From the NCBI RefSeq assembly GCF_004010195.1, contig NC_057711.1, positions 72,443,175 through 72,507,174 on the forward strand: DNA of 64,000 bases. The letters are read 5' to 3'. Numbering within the stretch: position 1 is the first letter of the stretch; each line of letters begins with the position of its first letter. The notes beneath the pieces were generated by a model that saw only the letters and a program-made list of their open reading frames with translations, ran no database searches and was not told the DNA's origin. The stretch is from Chiloscyllium plagiosum (lineage: Eukaryota). Of this stretch, positions 51,637 through 63,868 are shown piece by piece. The translations under genes were made by a program, and so were the position numbers.

Positions 51637-52329
51637 GTGGGTATATGTAAGTGAGCATATGTAAGTGAACATACCTCAGTGAACATATGTAAGTGGGCAT
51701 ATGTAAGTGAGCATACATAAGTGGGTATATGTAAATGGGCATATGTAAGTGAGCATATGTAAGTGGGTATATGAAACTGAACATACCTCAGTGAGCATAT
51801 GTAAGTGGGCATATGTAAGTGGGCATATGTAAGTGAGCATACGTAAGTGGGCATATGTAAGTGGGTATATGTAAGTGGACATATGTAAATGGGTATATGA
51901 AAGTGAACATATGTAAATGGATATATGTAAGTGGGCATATGGAAGTGAGCATATACAAGTGAACATACCTCTGTGAGCATATGTAAGTGGGCATATGTAA
52001 TTGGGTATATGGAAGTGAGCAAATGTAAGTGGGTATATTTAAGTGGGTATATGTAAGTGAACATATGTAAGTGGCATATGTAAGTGGGTATATGGAAATG
52101 AACATACCTCAGTGAGCATATATAAGTGACCATATGAAAGTGAACATAACTCAGTGAGCATATGTAAGTGAGCATATGTAAGTGGGCATACGTAAGGGGG
52201 CATACGTAAGTGGGTATATGTAAGTGGGCATATGTAATTGAGCATATGTAAGTTGGTATGTGTCAGTGGGCATATGTAAGTGGGTATATGTCAGTGGGCA
52301 TATGTAAGTGGGCAAATGTAAGTGAGCAT
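51637..52329. repeat. 14-bp minisatellite (ATATGTAAGTGGGC)n, about 49 units
   Basis: Tandem array visible directly in the sequence. Confidence 0.97.
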
Positions 52330-52655
52330 GAGAGAGAACCTGCACAGTTACCACCTTTGCTGTTTGAATTCGTGTATCGCTGGACATTGGAGTGCATCTG
52401 GGAAAATTAACAAAGAGTGAAATTCACAACTAATCTTGGAGGAACTGTTGGGCGAAGTTCACAGCACAGAGTCAGATAAGTTAATTGTTGTTTTAAGTCT
52501 GTCCAAGAGAAAGGCTGCAGTAGTGAGTACAGTAAGATAAGTCTCTTAATTAAACTTAAAATATAAGCCATAACTATTAATTTAACCTGGGGCAGTGTTT
52601 GTAGAGGAATAAGACAGTGTTATTTTCTGGGTCTGTAGATTGTGAAGGAGCAAAA

Positions 52656-53588
52656 ATGGCCTTTGCAGTGAGATGTACTTCTTGTCAGATGTGGGAGTTT
52701 ACAGAGAGTTTAAGGGTAACTGTGGATTATATCTGCCATAAATGCTGTTGGATGCGAATCTTATCAGATCGAGTGGATCGGTTGGAGGGACAGATAGAAG
52801 CAATGAGGAATTTGCAACAGCAACAGTATGTGATGGATGGCAGTTATAGGAAGGGGGGAAAGTCTCAGATACAGTCGCATAGATGGGTTAACTCCAGGAA
52901 GGGTAAGAGAGGTAGGCAGCTAGTGCAGGGGTCTTTTGTGGATATACCCATTTCAAACAGGAATGCCGTTTTGGAAAATGTAGGGGGTGATGGATTCTCA
53001 GGGGAACGTAGCACGAACATTCAAGTTTCTGGTATTGAGACTGACTCTAATGCAACGAGGGGTACATCGGCTTCCAAGAGATCAATTGTGTTAGGGGATT
53101 CTGTAGTCAGAGGTACAGACAGACGTTTCTGTGGCCAGCAGAGAAAAAGCAGAATGGTGTGTTGTTTTCCTGGTGCCAGGATCGTGGATATCTCAGAGAA
53201 GGTGCAGAATGTTCTCATGGGGGAGAGGGGCCAGCAGGAGGTCATTGTCCACATTGGAGCGAACGACATTGGAAGGGAAAAGGATGAGATTCTGAAGGGA
53301 GATTACAGAGAGTTAGGCAGGAATTTAAAAAGGAGGTCGTCAAGGGTAGTAATATCTGGATTACTCCCAGTGCTACGAGCTAGTGAGGGCAGGAATAGGA
53401 GGATAGAGCAGATGAATGTATGGCTGAAAAGCTGGTGTATTGGAGAACTATTCACATTTTTGGATCGTTGGAATCTCTTTTGGGGTAGAAGTGACCTGTA
53501 CAAGAAGGACGGATTGCACCTAAATTGGAAGGGGACTAATATACTGGCAGGGAAATTTGCGAGAACTGCTTGGGAGGATTTAAACTAG
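52656..53588 (+). CDS. CR1 ORF1: zinc finger, coiled coil and SGNH/GDSL esterase domain
   Basis: Uninterrupted 310-codon ORF from ATG; CTSC..CHKC, GDS, FPGA, GAND and DGLH motifs. Confidence 0.9.
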   Translation: MAFAVRCTSCQMWEFTESLRVTVDYICHKCCWMRILSDRVDRLEGQIEAMRNLQQQQYVMDGSYRKGGKSQIQSHRWVNSRKGKRGRQLVQGSFVDIPISNRNAVLENVGGDGFSGERSTNIQVSGIETDSNATRGTSASKRSIVLGDSVVRGTDRRFCGQQRKSRMVCCFPGARIVDISEKVQNVLMGERGQQEVIVHIGANDIGREKDEILKGDYRELGRNLKRRSSRVVISGLLPVLRASEGRNRRIEQMNVWLKSWCIGELFTFLDRWNLFWGRSDLYKKDGLHLNWKGTNILAGKFARTAWEDLN

Positions 53589-53689
53589 TAAGGTGGGGGG
53601 GTGGGAACCCAGGGAGATAGTGAGGAAAGAGATCGATCCGAGATGGGTACAGCTGAGAACAGAAGTGAGTCAAACAGTCAGGGCAGGCA

Positions 53690-55766
53690 TTTTTGATAAG
53701 GGATAGGATTACAGCTGTGCTAAGGGAGGATATTCCCAGAAATACATCCAGGGAAGTTATTTGGGTGGAAACTGAGAAATAAGAAAGGGATTGTATTATA
53801 GACCCCCTCATAGTCAGAGGGAAATTAAGAAACAAACTTGTAAGGAGATCTCAGCTATCTGTAAGAATAATAGGGTGGTTATGGTAGGGGATTTTAACTT
53901 TCCAAACAACAACTGGGACTGCCATAGTGTTAAGGGTTTAGATGGAGAGGAATTTCTTAAGTGTGTACAAAACAATTTTCTGATTCAGTATGTGTATGTA
54001 CCTACTGGAGAAGGTGCAATCCCTGACCTACTCTTGGGAAATAAGGCAGGGCAGGTGACTGAGGTGTCGGTGGGGGAGCACTTTAGGGCCAGCGACCATA
54101 ATTCTATTCATTTTAAAATAGTGATGGAAAAAGATAGACCAGATCTAAAAGTTGGAGTTCTAAATTGGAGAAAGGCCTATTTTGACGGTATTAGGCAAGA
54201 ACTTTCAAAAGCTGATTGGAGGCAGATGTTCGCAGGTAAAGGGACGGCTGGAAAATGGGAAGCCTTCAGAAATGAGATAACAAGAATCCAGAGAAAGTAT
54301 ATTCCTGTCAGGGAGAAAGGGAAGGCTGGTAGGTATAGGGAATGCTGGATGACTAAAGAAATTAAGGGTTTGATTAAGAAAAAGAAGGAAGCATATGTCA
54401 GGTATAGACAGGATAGATCGAGTGAATCCTTAGAAGAGTATAAAGAAAGAAGGAGTATACTAAAGAGGGAAATCAGGAGGGCAAAACGGGGTACATGAGA
54501 TAGCTTTGGCAAATAGAATTAAGGAGAATCCAAAGGGGTTTTACAAATATATTAAGGACAAAAGGGTAACTGGGGAGAGAATAGAGCCCCTCAAAGATCA
54601 GCAAGGCGGTCTTTGTGTGGAGCCACAGAAAATGGGGGAGATATAAGTGAATATTTTGAATCAGTATTTACTGTGGAAAGGATATGGAAGACATAGACTA
54701 TAGGGAAATAGATGGTGACATCTTGCAAAATGTCCATATTACAGAGGAGGATGTGCTGGATGTCTTGAAATGGTTAAAGGGGGAAAAATCCCCAGGACCT
54801 GATCAGGTGTACCCGAGAACTCTGTGGGAAGCTAGAGAAGTGATTGCTGTGCCTCTTGCTGAGATATTTGTATCATCGATAGTCACAGGTGAGGTGCCGG
54901 AAGACTGGAGGTTGGCAAACGTGGTGCCACTGTTTAAGAAGGGTGGTAAGGACAAGCCAGGGAACTATAGACCAGTGAGCCTGACCTCGGTGGTGGGTGA
55001 GTTGTTGGAGGGAATCCTGAGGGACAGGATGTACATGTATTTGGAAAAGCAAGGACTGATTCGGGATAGTCAACATGGCTTTGTGCGTGGGAAATCATGT
55101 CTCACAAACTTGATTGAGTTTTTTGATGAAGTAACAAAGAAGATTGATGAGGGTGGAGCAGTAGATATGATCTATATGGACTTCAGTAAGGTGTTCGACA
55201 AGGTTCCCTATGGGAGACTGATTAGCAAGGTTAGATCTCATGGAATACAGGGAGAACTAGCCATTTGGATACAGAACTGGCTTAAAGGTAGAAGACAGAA
55301 GGTGGTGGTGGAGAGTTGTTTTTCAGACTGGAGGCCTGTGACCAGTGGAGTGCCACAAGGATCGGTGCTGGGCCCTCTATTTTTTGACATTACATAAATG
55401 ATTTGGATGTGACCATAAGAGGTACAGTTAGTAAGTTTGCAGATGACACCAAAATTGGAGGTGCAGTGGACAGCAAAGAGGGTTACCTCAGATTACAACA
55501 GGATCTGGACCAGATGGGCCAATGGGCTGAGAAGTGGCAGATTGAGGTTAATTCAGATAAATGCGAGGTGCTACATTTTGGGAAAGCAAATCTTAGCAGG
55601 ACTTATACACTTAATGGTAACGTCCTAGGGAGTGTTGCTGAACAAAGAGTCCTTGGAGTGCAGGTTCATAGCTCCTTGAAAGTGGAGTCGCAGATCGATA
55701 GGATAGTGAAGAAGGCGTTTGGTATGCTTTCCTTTATTGGTCAGAGTATTGAGTACAGGAGTTGGG
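53690..55766 (+). pseudogene. CR1 ORF2 (endonuclease-RT), frameshifted and lacking its N-terminus
   Basis: YYRPP, GDFNFP, SDHN, NYRPVSLTS, YMDFSKVFDKV, GVPQGSVLGP and KFADDTK are spread over three ORFs. Confidence 0.92.
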
Positions 55767-56266
55767 NNNNNNNNNNNNNNNNNNNNNNNNNNNNNNNNNN
55801 NNNNNNNNNNNNNNNNNNNNNNNNNNNNNNNNNNNNNNNNNNNNNNNNNNNNNNNNNNNNNNNNNNNNNNNNNNNNNNNNNNNNNNNNNNNNNNNNNNNN
55901 NNNNNNNNNNNNNNNNNNNNNNNNNNNNNNNNNNNNNNNNNNNNNNNNNNNNNNNNNNNNNNNNNNNNNNNNNNNNNNNNNNNNNNNNNNNNNNNNNNNN
56001 NNNNNNNNNNNNNNNNNNNNNNNNNNNNNNNNNNNNNNNNNNNNNNNNNNNNNNNNNNNNNNNNNNNNNNNNNNNNNNNNNNNNNNNNNNNNNNNNNNNN
56101 NNNNNNNNNNNNNNNNNNNNNNNNNNNNNNNNNNNNNNNNNNNNNNNNNNNNNNNNNNNNNNNNNNNNNNNNNNNNNNNNNNNNNNNNNNNNNNNNNNNN
56201 NNNNNNNNNNNNNNNNNNNNNNNNNNNNNNNNNNNNNNNNNNNNNNNNNNNNNNNNNNNNNNNNNN
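55767..56266. other. Assembly gap (500 N)
   Basis: Run of n. Confidence 1.
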
Positions 56267-56920
56267 GTTTGTGAGTGCGTTTGCAGTGTTAGGTTCATTT
56301 TCAGACGTTTCATCACCATAGTAGGTAACATCATTAGTGAGCCTTTGGATGAAGTACTGTTGGTATGGCCTGCTTTCTATTTATGTGGTTGGGTTTCCTT
56401 GAGTTGATGATGTCATTTCCTGTGGTGACATCATTTCATGTGGTGATGTCATTTCTTGTTCTTTTTCTCAGAGGGGTTAAATGGGATCCAAGTCAATGTG
56501 TTTGTTGATAGAGTTCCGGTTGGAATGCCATGCTTCTAGGAATTCTCGTGCATGTCTCTGTTTGTCTTGTCCTGGGATGGATGTGTTGTCCCAGTTGAAG
56601 TGGTGTCCTTCCTATAGGAATTCTATATTCCTAGAATTCCAACTGGAACTCTATCAACAAACATATTGACTTGGATCCCATTTACCACCCCCTGAGAAAA
56701 ATATAGAAAATGACATCACCACAGGCAATGACATCACCACCAGAAATGGCATCACCAACCCAAGGAAACCCAAACACATACCACCAGTGCTTTATCCGGA
56801 GGTTCATTGATAATATTACCTAGTATGGTGACGAAATATCTGAAAATGAACCTTCCAGTTCAGTGAGCAAACCTACATCCAGAACCTCAACCTGAGCTAC
56901 AAATTTTCTAAAAACTCACT
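56267..56920. mobile_element. PLE (Poseidon-like) 3' region in inverted-repeat arrangement
   Basis: Minus strand EGHHFNWDNTSI..AREFLEAWHSNRNSINKHIDLDP (GIY-YIG C-terminus); arms at about 56267-56525 and 56638-56872; decayed hammerheads at 56304-56337 (-) and 56807-56840 (+). Confidence 0.85.
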
Positions 56921-57009
56921 AGTTTTGTGCTGCACAGTTCCAGAATAAGAGCTGGAGATAGCAGAGTTCTTCTGAATTCAAAATACACAGCTCAAGACCA
57001 AGGCAGTAA

Positions 57010-57590
57010 ATTGTTGGGTGTAGGAGTTGGGATGTCATGTTGCAGCTGTACAGGATAATGGTGAGACCACTTTTAGAATACTGTGTACATTTTTGGCCAC
57101 ACTTCTGCAGGAAGGATGTTGTTAAATTTGAGAGAGTGCAGAAAAGATTTACAAGGATGTTGCCGGGATTGGAGGGTTAGAGTTATAGGTTGGGGCTTCT
57201 TTCCCTGGAATGTCGAAGGCTGAGGAGTCACTTTTTAGAGGTTAATAAAACCATGAAGGGCATGGATTGGGTGAATAGCCAATATCTTTTTCCTAGGATT
57301 GGGGAATCCAAAACTAGAAGGCACAGGTTTAAATTGAGAGGTAAGATTTGAAAAGGATCTGAGGAGTAACCATTTTTACACAGAGGATGGTGCATGTATG
57401 GAATGCCAGAGGGAGAGGTGGAGGTGGGTACAATTACAGCATTTAAAAGGCACCTGGCTCGGTAAATGAAAAGGAAAGGTTTCAAGAGATATGGGTCAAG
57501 TGCTGGCAAATGGGACCAGGTCAGATTGCGATGTCTCATTGGCGCAGATGAGTTAGTTCAAAGGGTGCTGCATAACTCTATGACTCTATC
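57010..57590 (+). mobile_element. CR1 3' fragment
   Basis: LERVQKRFTRMLPGL followed by the gactctat tail. Confidence 0.88.
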
Positions 57591-59759
57591 TGGCATAACA
57601 TGTGTTGAGCACACCTGTGCAAGTATTTTCATACTTAGTGAAAACTGGAGTAGCACGACCATAGGCCACTGTGACAATGCTATGGAAAGATTATTCACTG
57701 AATTTCACTTGCAGCGTTCTCTGATTAAACCAACAAGCATAAAGAAGCATGAATCAGTTAAAATTAATGAGGAATAAATGAAAGTGAAATAGCATGCTCA
57801 GTCTTTTATGTTCGACAACAGATATTCATTTGCAGTTTAAAGCATAAGAAGATTAATTTATTGTGAAAATTAAGAGAAGTCCTGTTTTCTTTAGAACTAT
57901 ATTAAAGAACTCAGGCAATGCTAATGACATTCACCTCCTAAGTGTTTTTTTTCATTGGTTTCAATCTTTTTTGGAAATTGCTAAATACAAACATAAATTG
58001 GTGAATATAGTTATTTTAAGAACACAGAGAATGCTTTGAGAAATCTATTTTCTATTTATTGTTTAATGGAAGAAATATTTTGTGAGTTTACCTCTATGCT
58101 AATATTGCAAAAAAGAGAAAATTTAATTATGGACATAAATTTGAATTCAGTTGATAAGGAGATCACCACAGGCATACAAATTAATTTGTCATTAGAATGC
58201 TAATTTAATGATAGGATTAGCTTGGCTGCTTCAAAGATGGAATGTGTAATATTAAAATGGGAGAAGGTTTTATATGGAATAGAAAGATTTGAGATGATGC
58301 TGCCTAAATGGAAATAAACAGGCATAAATGCCAAAAATAGTGAGGCCTTTGCATGAACAAAATAAGTACTAGTGCAGTTCATTCATTACCTGTGAATAAT
58401 GCTTCACTGGAATTGTCAAGTCACATCAGACCTAGAATTTAAATTAAAAATTAGCCTACAGCTAGATATTGATTATGGAGTTTTCAGTTATCTATCTGAA
58501 GGTGCTGATGATGCTATGAGTTGGAGGAATGATAACTCTTTTTGGTTCTGAAGAAGGGAAGGGGCCGGTTAAGTAATAAGACAAGATCTTGAAGCTTCAG
58601 TGAAGGTAGAAAGGCAAAAGATTATTGGGTGACCAGACTGTGCTACTGTGGATTCTTATTGTTAAAAAAAATGTGGATTGGAATTCCAATTGCCTGACTC
58701 AACAGGGCAGGAGAGCAGGATTTAAATCCATCAATTGCAAAGGATGTCAACTTCATTCAAAACTGCAGGCATGAAATTATTAATGTGCTTTGAGAGAGTA
58801 CAATGTGCTAAGCAGAATGGATCAGCAGCACATCCACTGACGGAGGTTTAGTGTGGAATATCTGGTAAAGACCTCACAGAAAAATAATTCCTGCAACTCT
58901 TCAGATTCCAAAAGGAACCATCAAGAAATCGATGCAAAGTGATTAATTCTCTCCAGGAGTGGCTGCATTTTGTAAGGTACTTTGGGATCTTTGGAGGAGT
59001 CATAACCGCTGGCCTCTTGGGCATTTAGAAGATAGGTGATGATAATTCATGTAATAATTCAGATAATCGTGGAAAGAGTACTGAGGGACAAGGTTCAGCA
59101 TATAACACCTCTGCACCATTGGTCTTATAATTTGCCTGCATTTTGACATCAGTTGAAATTGAAATAAAAATATTACAGTTTATGCTATTCAGAATTCTTC
59201 TGATTTAAGTGGTCTCATCGCAACTTGGTCAGTTGTCTCTGAGGCACTGTTACCCAGTTTTCTTGTTTTCAGTGGTAGCTTCTTTGTTGATGATGAAGAT
59301 CTCTCTGGACTCCCACTCTGCATGTATATTATACTAGCAGCCAGAAGACAGCAGTTAGGGGACTTATCATGACCATCTCAGCGGAAGGAGGGAAATCTAG
59401 CCCAGTAACTCCAGTTGGGTATCTTGTATAAGTGTCTATACTTTCTGTATGAGCTTAGACAGTGTGTCAAAATGCTACTTAACTGTGGGGTGATGTCAAA
59501 AATGAGACTTATTCTTTTGTCACCTAGGAACACATCCTGCATTGCTAACTGGATAGTGAATTGGAGTGGGAATTGTGATAAATGATCCCTCCATTAACCA
59601 GGGCTGTTGAAGATAATTATAGCACCTCTACCAATGCTAAAAAAGGGAAGGAACTGTCCATTTATCTTTAATACTTATAATTATGTCTCTCAGTTCTTCC
59701 ATCCCTATCTGGTCCAAACAATAGAGAATCAATTTGTTTAATCATTAGCCATCATCTTA

Positions 59760-60380
59760 TTTTGAAGAAATATGGGTATGAAGGCATTTTGTTCAGACTG
59801 CCAGAATGAAGAAGTTGGGCTGCATTTAGACAGGTCTACAGTGAGACCACACTTGGTGTAATAAGGTTACAAGAAAAAATATCATTATGTTAGAGAGTGG
59901 GGTGGTTTGGGGTTTGGAGGTGGGGTTAAAGGTTTATTGGATTGACTCCTGAGGCCTAAGTATTTTCCTATGAGACAGAGGAAAGTAGTTTATATACACC
60001 GAAGAGCAGAACAATGAGATCAGTGAGGTGTTGCCAAAGTAGATACTCCATAGCTGTTTACCTTGGCTGGAGAGTCCTTTTCTTGGGTAGAGGGGAAGGT
60101 ATCAGGATAATGATCAGGATATTTAGTAGCTATGTAGCATTGACATGTGGATAAATTTTACGATTGTTCTCAACCCTGGAGGGCTGTCAATGCTCAGTGA
60201 TTGAGTGCGCTTAAGGCTGAGAATAATATATGTTTGAGTACTAAGCGAATCAAGGAATATGATGATAGGGGAAGAAAGTTGCATTGATATAAAAGCCGAG
60301 CAATCATGTTACAGAATGCTGAAGTAGGCTGAGAGACAAAATAGACTGCTCCTGCTTCTATTTCTCATGTGCTTATGACA
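59760..60380 (+). mobile_element. Old CR1 3' fragment
   Basis: gtgagaccacacttgg..., ttaaggctgaga and ctgctcctgcttctatttctcatgt. Confidence 0.55.
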
Positions 60381-61574
60381 AAGTCTGTGCTTTTTCAATC
60401 ACCAAAGGACCCACTTTTCCTCTGCAATCCTCATAACAGAGTCATGAGATTAGGCATCATTTAAGTTACCCATCCATTACCATGTGAAGTAATCAAAACT
60501 AAGAATTGTACTCTAAATAAAACCACACCAAAGCTTGATATAAATGATGTACCCTGCATTGTATTTATAATTTTGTGTTGAATTTTTCTAGGGATTTGTG
60601 CTATCAACTGTTTGATTTTTCTGTGGCCTCACAACATGGATAGCAGATAAATATAAAAGATCTGAAAAGGTCCCCCTCTTGCTGCACAACTTGTAGTGTC
60701 CAACTCCATTAAAATGTCTGCAATTGCATCACACTGCATATTTATTGACAGCCCATTCCCCTGGTATATCTAAATCATCCTGGATCCTAATAATTACATT
60801 TACATTACTATACCTTGTCCACATTTTTGTGTCATTAAAAGAAAGAGAACTGTTCCCTTAATTGCTTCATCCAAATCATTGATTAAGTTGACGAAGAGTA
60901 ATGGTTCACTGAAGATCCCTGTGGGACTGTACTATCGCCTGGACCCAGAGCAGAATTGTATCTGTTATTTACTGAACCTTGTGCATGAATGTGAACATTT
61001 AACAATTAGCTTAAAATCCAAACTGGCCTTTGAAGAGACAACACTTTGGTGAAGTGTTCTGAATGTGGTTCTGAGAAGCAGGGAAATTATCTGCAAAATA
61101 AAGCAACTTGCTTGCTTGTATGGAACATCAGCATATTTTCTTCCAGCCTTTATTCTGTTTCCTTTCCAATTTTGCAGGACCTGAGATCTTACTGTCTTAT
61201 CCCTATTCTACTGATTTACTCTTCATTTGCATAAATGTGTACTTTATTCCCTTTCAGGATCAAATCCTTTTAGTTAATGACTAGTTAGAAGTGCATGAAA
61301 ATTTAACAGTCTGGTTAAAAAGAATCTACAAAAAGGAGATGGTAATTCATAAATCATTTTTAATGCAAGTCAATATATTCAGAATTATACAATGTAATTT
61401 ATATTAAAGTATTTCTTATTAACATAATGAAGGAAAATATTAAAACTTATGGGTAAAGGTTATTTTTACATATATTTTCAAGGCCATGTCAAAGCGGATC
61501 AATGAACTCATACTATCACTAAGGTACAAAATTGGAAATTGCCATTCTGGGGCTAAGCAGGTAGCCCAGTCTTT

Positions 61575-62275
61575 ATTGAAACTAGCCTTTATAGAACTTG
61601 CCTTCAACAAAGCCTGTTCTTAGTTTATAGTACCTACTCTTTATAAACATGCCATTATAGGACCTATCCTCATTGAACGCATACTTTGTAAAATACACTG
61701 TGTACAAAGCATGTCTTTCCCAGAAAGCCTCCTGATAGAATCTGCCCTATTCAAAACCCATCCTTAAAGAACTTTTTTCTTCATAGAATCCTCTTTTATG
61801 CAATTTTCGTTTATTTAACAGTTCATTTCTTGAACCCACTCTTTAAAGAACACACCCTTTACAGAATCCATTACTTTATTGAACATGTCCATTATGCAAT
61901 ATTTTGTTTATAGAACCTGGCCTTAATAAATCCCGATTTTTACAGAATGTCCTTCATAGTTTGCACCCTTTGTAGAATTCGCCCTTTATATAACTCTCCC
62001 TTTACAGAACATGCTCTTTATAGAAACCTCCCTCTAGTTTAAAGTGAGCACCAAATTGATTTCATTGTTGTTCAAGGTGGACAGTCATTAGCAGAATTCC
62101 ACTGGGATTATCAAGGGCTATTACCCATATAGAGTTCACCATTGCTAGAGCATCATTTATCAAATATATCCTTAATGTTAGCGTTCTCTACAAAACCTCC
62201 TATTTATAGAACATACCATTTATAGAACCTTCAACTATTGAACAAAACCTTTGTAGAATAGACCCTTTCTAAAAT
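61575..62275. repeat. Degenerate 16-bp minisatellite, consensus about CCCTTTATAGAACNNN
   Basis: Example run ccctttgtagaattcg/ccctttatataactct/ccctttacagaacatg/ctctttatagaaacct; interrupted at about 62040-62140. Confidence 0.75.
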
Positions 62276-62365
62276 GCGAAAAGTGGGTTGCTGGAAAAGC
62301 ACAACCAGTCAGGTTGAGGAGCAGGAGAATCGACTTTTCGGGCATAAGCCCTTCATCAGGAATGT
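62276..62365 (-). mobile_element. PLE family A terminal insert with hammerhead motif at 62332-62359
   Basis: Minus strand reads CTGATGA-A-GGGC-TTAT-GCCC-GAAA-AG-TC. Confidence 0.8.
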
Positions 62366-62539
62366 TAGCATTTGTTTTTATTGTACAATGGCAAAAATAA
62401 AGGAACAAAACAAGAAAAAGCTGCATTTGCTGGAGAAAACAAAACAGGGGCTGTTGACATTTCGAACAACAACAAACTTGCAGTCAAAGATTGATGACTT
62501 CACTCAACTCACGTCTATTGGAAGGGGCTGTCAATTAAG

Positions 62540-63100
62540 TCCTGGCTGCAGGCATTGCGTAATGGAGAGATCAGCCTTGGTAGTTCTTAGCTCCCAGTAA
62601 TCATCCTGGTAAGGCTATCTAGCCCTTGAAATGAAGTAGTAATGTAAGAATTCAGAAGGGTATTTGCATCATGGCAGCTCCCGGTGTACCTGGTGCAAAC
62701 TTCTAAGTTGTGGTACCAATAATCACAAATGGCTTGTACATTTACTGAAGAGATCAGATGACCATTGATGAGCTGTACCATGTGATGCAATGCAATGTCT
62801 GCACAGTATACAATGCTTTGCAAATATCTACATGTTACCAGAGCCTACTGCCCAAGCTGCAGTACTGACATAATCAGAAGGAAATGAGAGGAAATGGTGT
62901 GATCTGGCACAAATTTCATCACTGATAGCCTTGATGTATTTGTGAGTTGAAGTTTGTGAGATCCTTCATAGATGGATACTTGGAAGCAGCCAGTTGCACA
63001 AGAAATTAGTGCAACTGTCACTTTGAAATCCATTGAGATAGATGGCCACTCACCCCTTCAGGTCACAAGTCCTGCTTCTAGTTCTGTCATAGTGTCCCAA
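62540..63100 (-). pseudogene. PIF/Harbinger DDE transposase remnant
   Basis: KVTVALISCATGCFQ and SVNVQAICD...EVCTRYTGSCHDANTL match the HARBI1-family motifs (S.NVQ.VCD..PGS.HD); frameshifted. Confidence 0.8.
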
Positions 63101-63868
63101 AACATCTGCAGTCTGTGGTGGCAATGAGTTTCAGTCAGCTGGACCAAAAGGCACTGAGGATGATAGACGCTGCATCTCTGGAAATGCTCTACACATGCTG
63201 AAGGGACGTTCTGCTGCAAAGCCTTCATATAGAGCCTGTACAGCAGTCATTGCAGCTTGCTCAGGTTCTGGGCTTGTTGGCATATTTGTTTCTCCTCAGT
63301 TTCTCTGTGCCTTTGTTATATCACAGCCTCAGTGATAGTCATCCCTGATCATGGTTCCAGTGAATCTGTGTGAGGAAGTCAGGCTCTGAGTAATGTTAAC
63401 AGTCAGCATTTGGAGCCCACACTTAGATGACTGTTTTAGCATAGTCCTCAATGCATGGAGGAATCTGACAAGGAGGTACATGGAATACTTACACATGGAC
63501 AGAGTGGAACTTATTCGGATGTAGGCAGCTCATGTCATGTCACACAAATGCAGTAGGAAATTGTAAATGGCATAGAATTATTGAAACCTTGACCCCTCAC
63601 CCCCACAACACCCAAGAAAGGCAGTATTACAGAGATGAGCATGCTGTCAAATATTTATATCTCCAAGCCCTTGTGTAGCCAATGAAACATTAAATTGTCT
63701 TTGTGAATTGTGACCTAATGTGACATTTTAAAGGTATTCTGTTTCTTCTGTTTCACAGAAATGATTGTGATCGATTTGTAATGATGAATGACGTGGTTAA
63801 GATTGCATGTGACCTAGACTTGTATTCAACATAGTTGTTCACTGTGAGCATTTCACATGCAGAATTCT

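Larger units (their letters stand above)
52329..55766 (+). mobile_element. Near full-length young CR1 LINE (partial 5' UTR, ORF1, ORF2), truncated by the assembly gap
   Basis: ORF1 esterase, APE endonuclease and RT motifs in the expected order. Confidence 0.96.

Noticed and set aside
51637..52329. CRISPR-like array, or the repetitive ORFs (e.g. 51543..52175, 210 aa)
   Set aside because: Units are contiguous with no unique spacers, no cas genes and a eukaryotic context; the ORFs are translation artefacts of a 14-bp repeat.
55403..56407. Long ORFs running through X residues
   Set aside because: Artefacts of the 500-N gap.
57010..57050. CR1 appearing to resume exactly where the gap-truncated copy stops (aggagttggg)
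   Set aside because: This copy is visibly more diverged and overlaps the breakpoint, so it is more likely a separate older insertion; it cannot be settled without closing the gap.
58500..59720. Possible ancient LINE remnants
   Set aside because: Too degenerate to assign a family or boundaries by eye.
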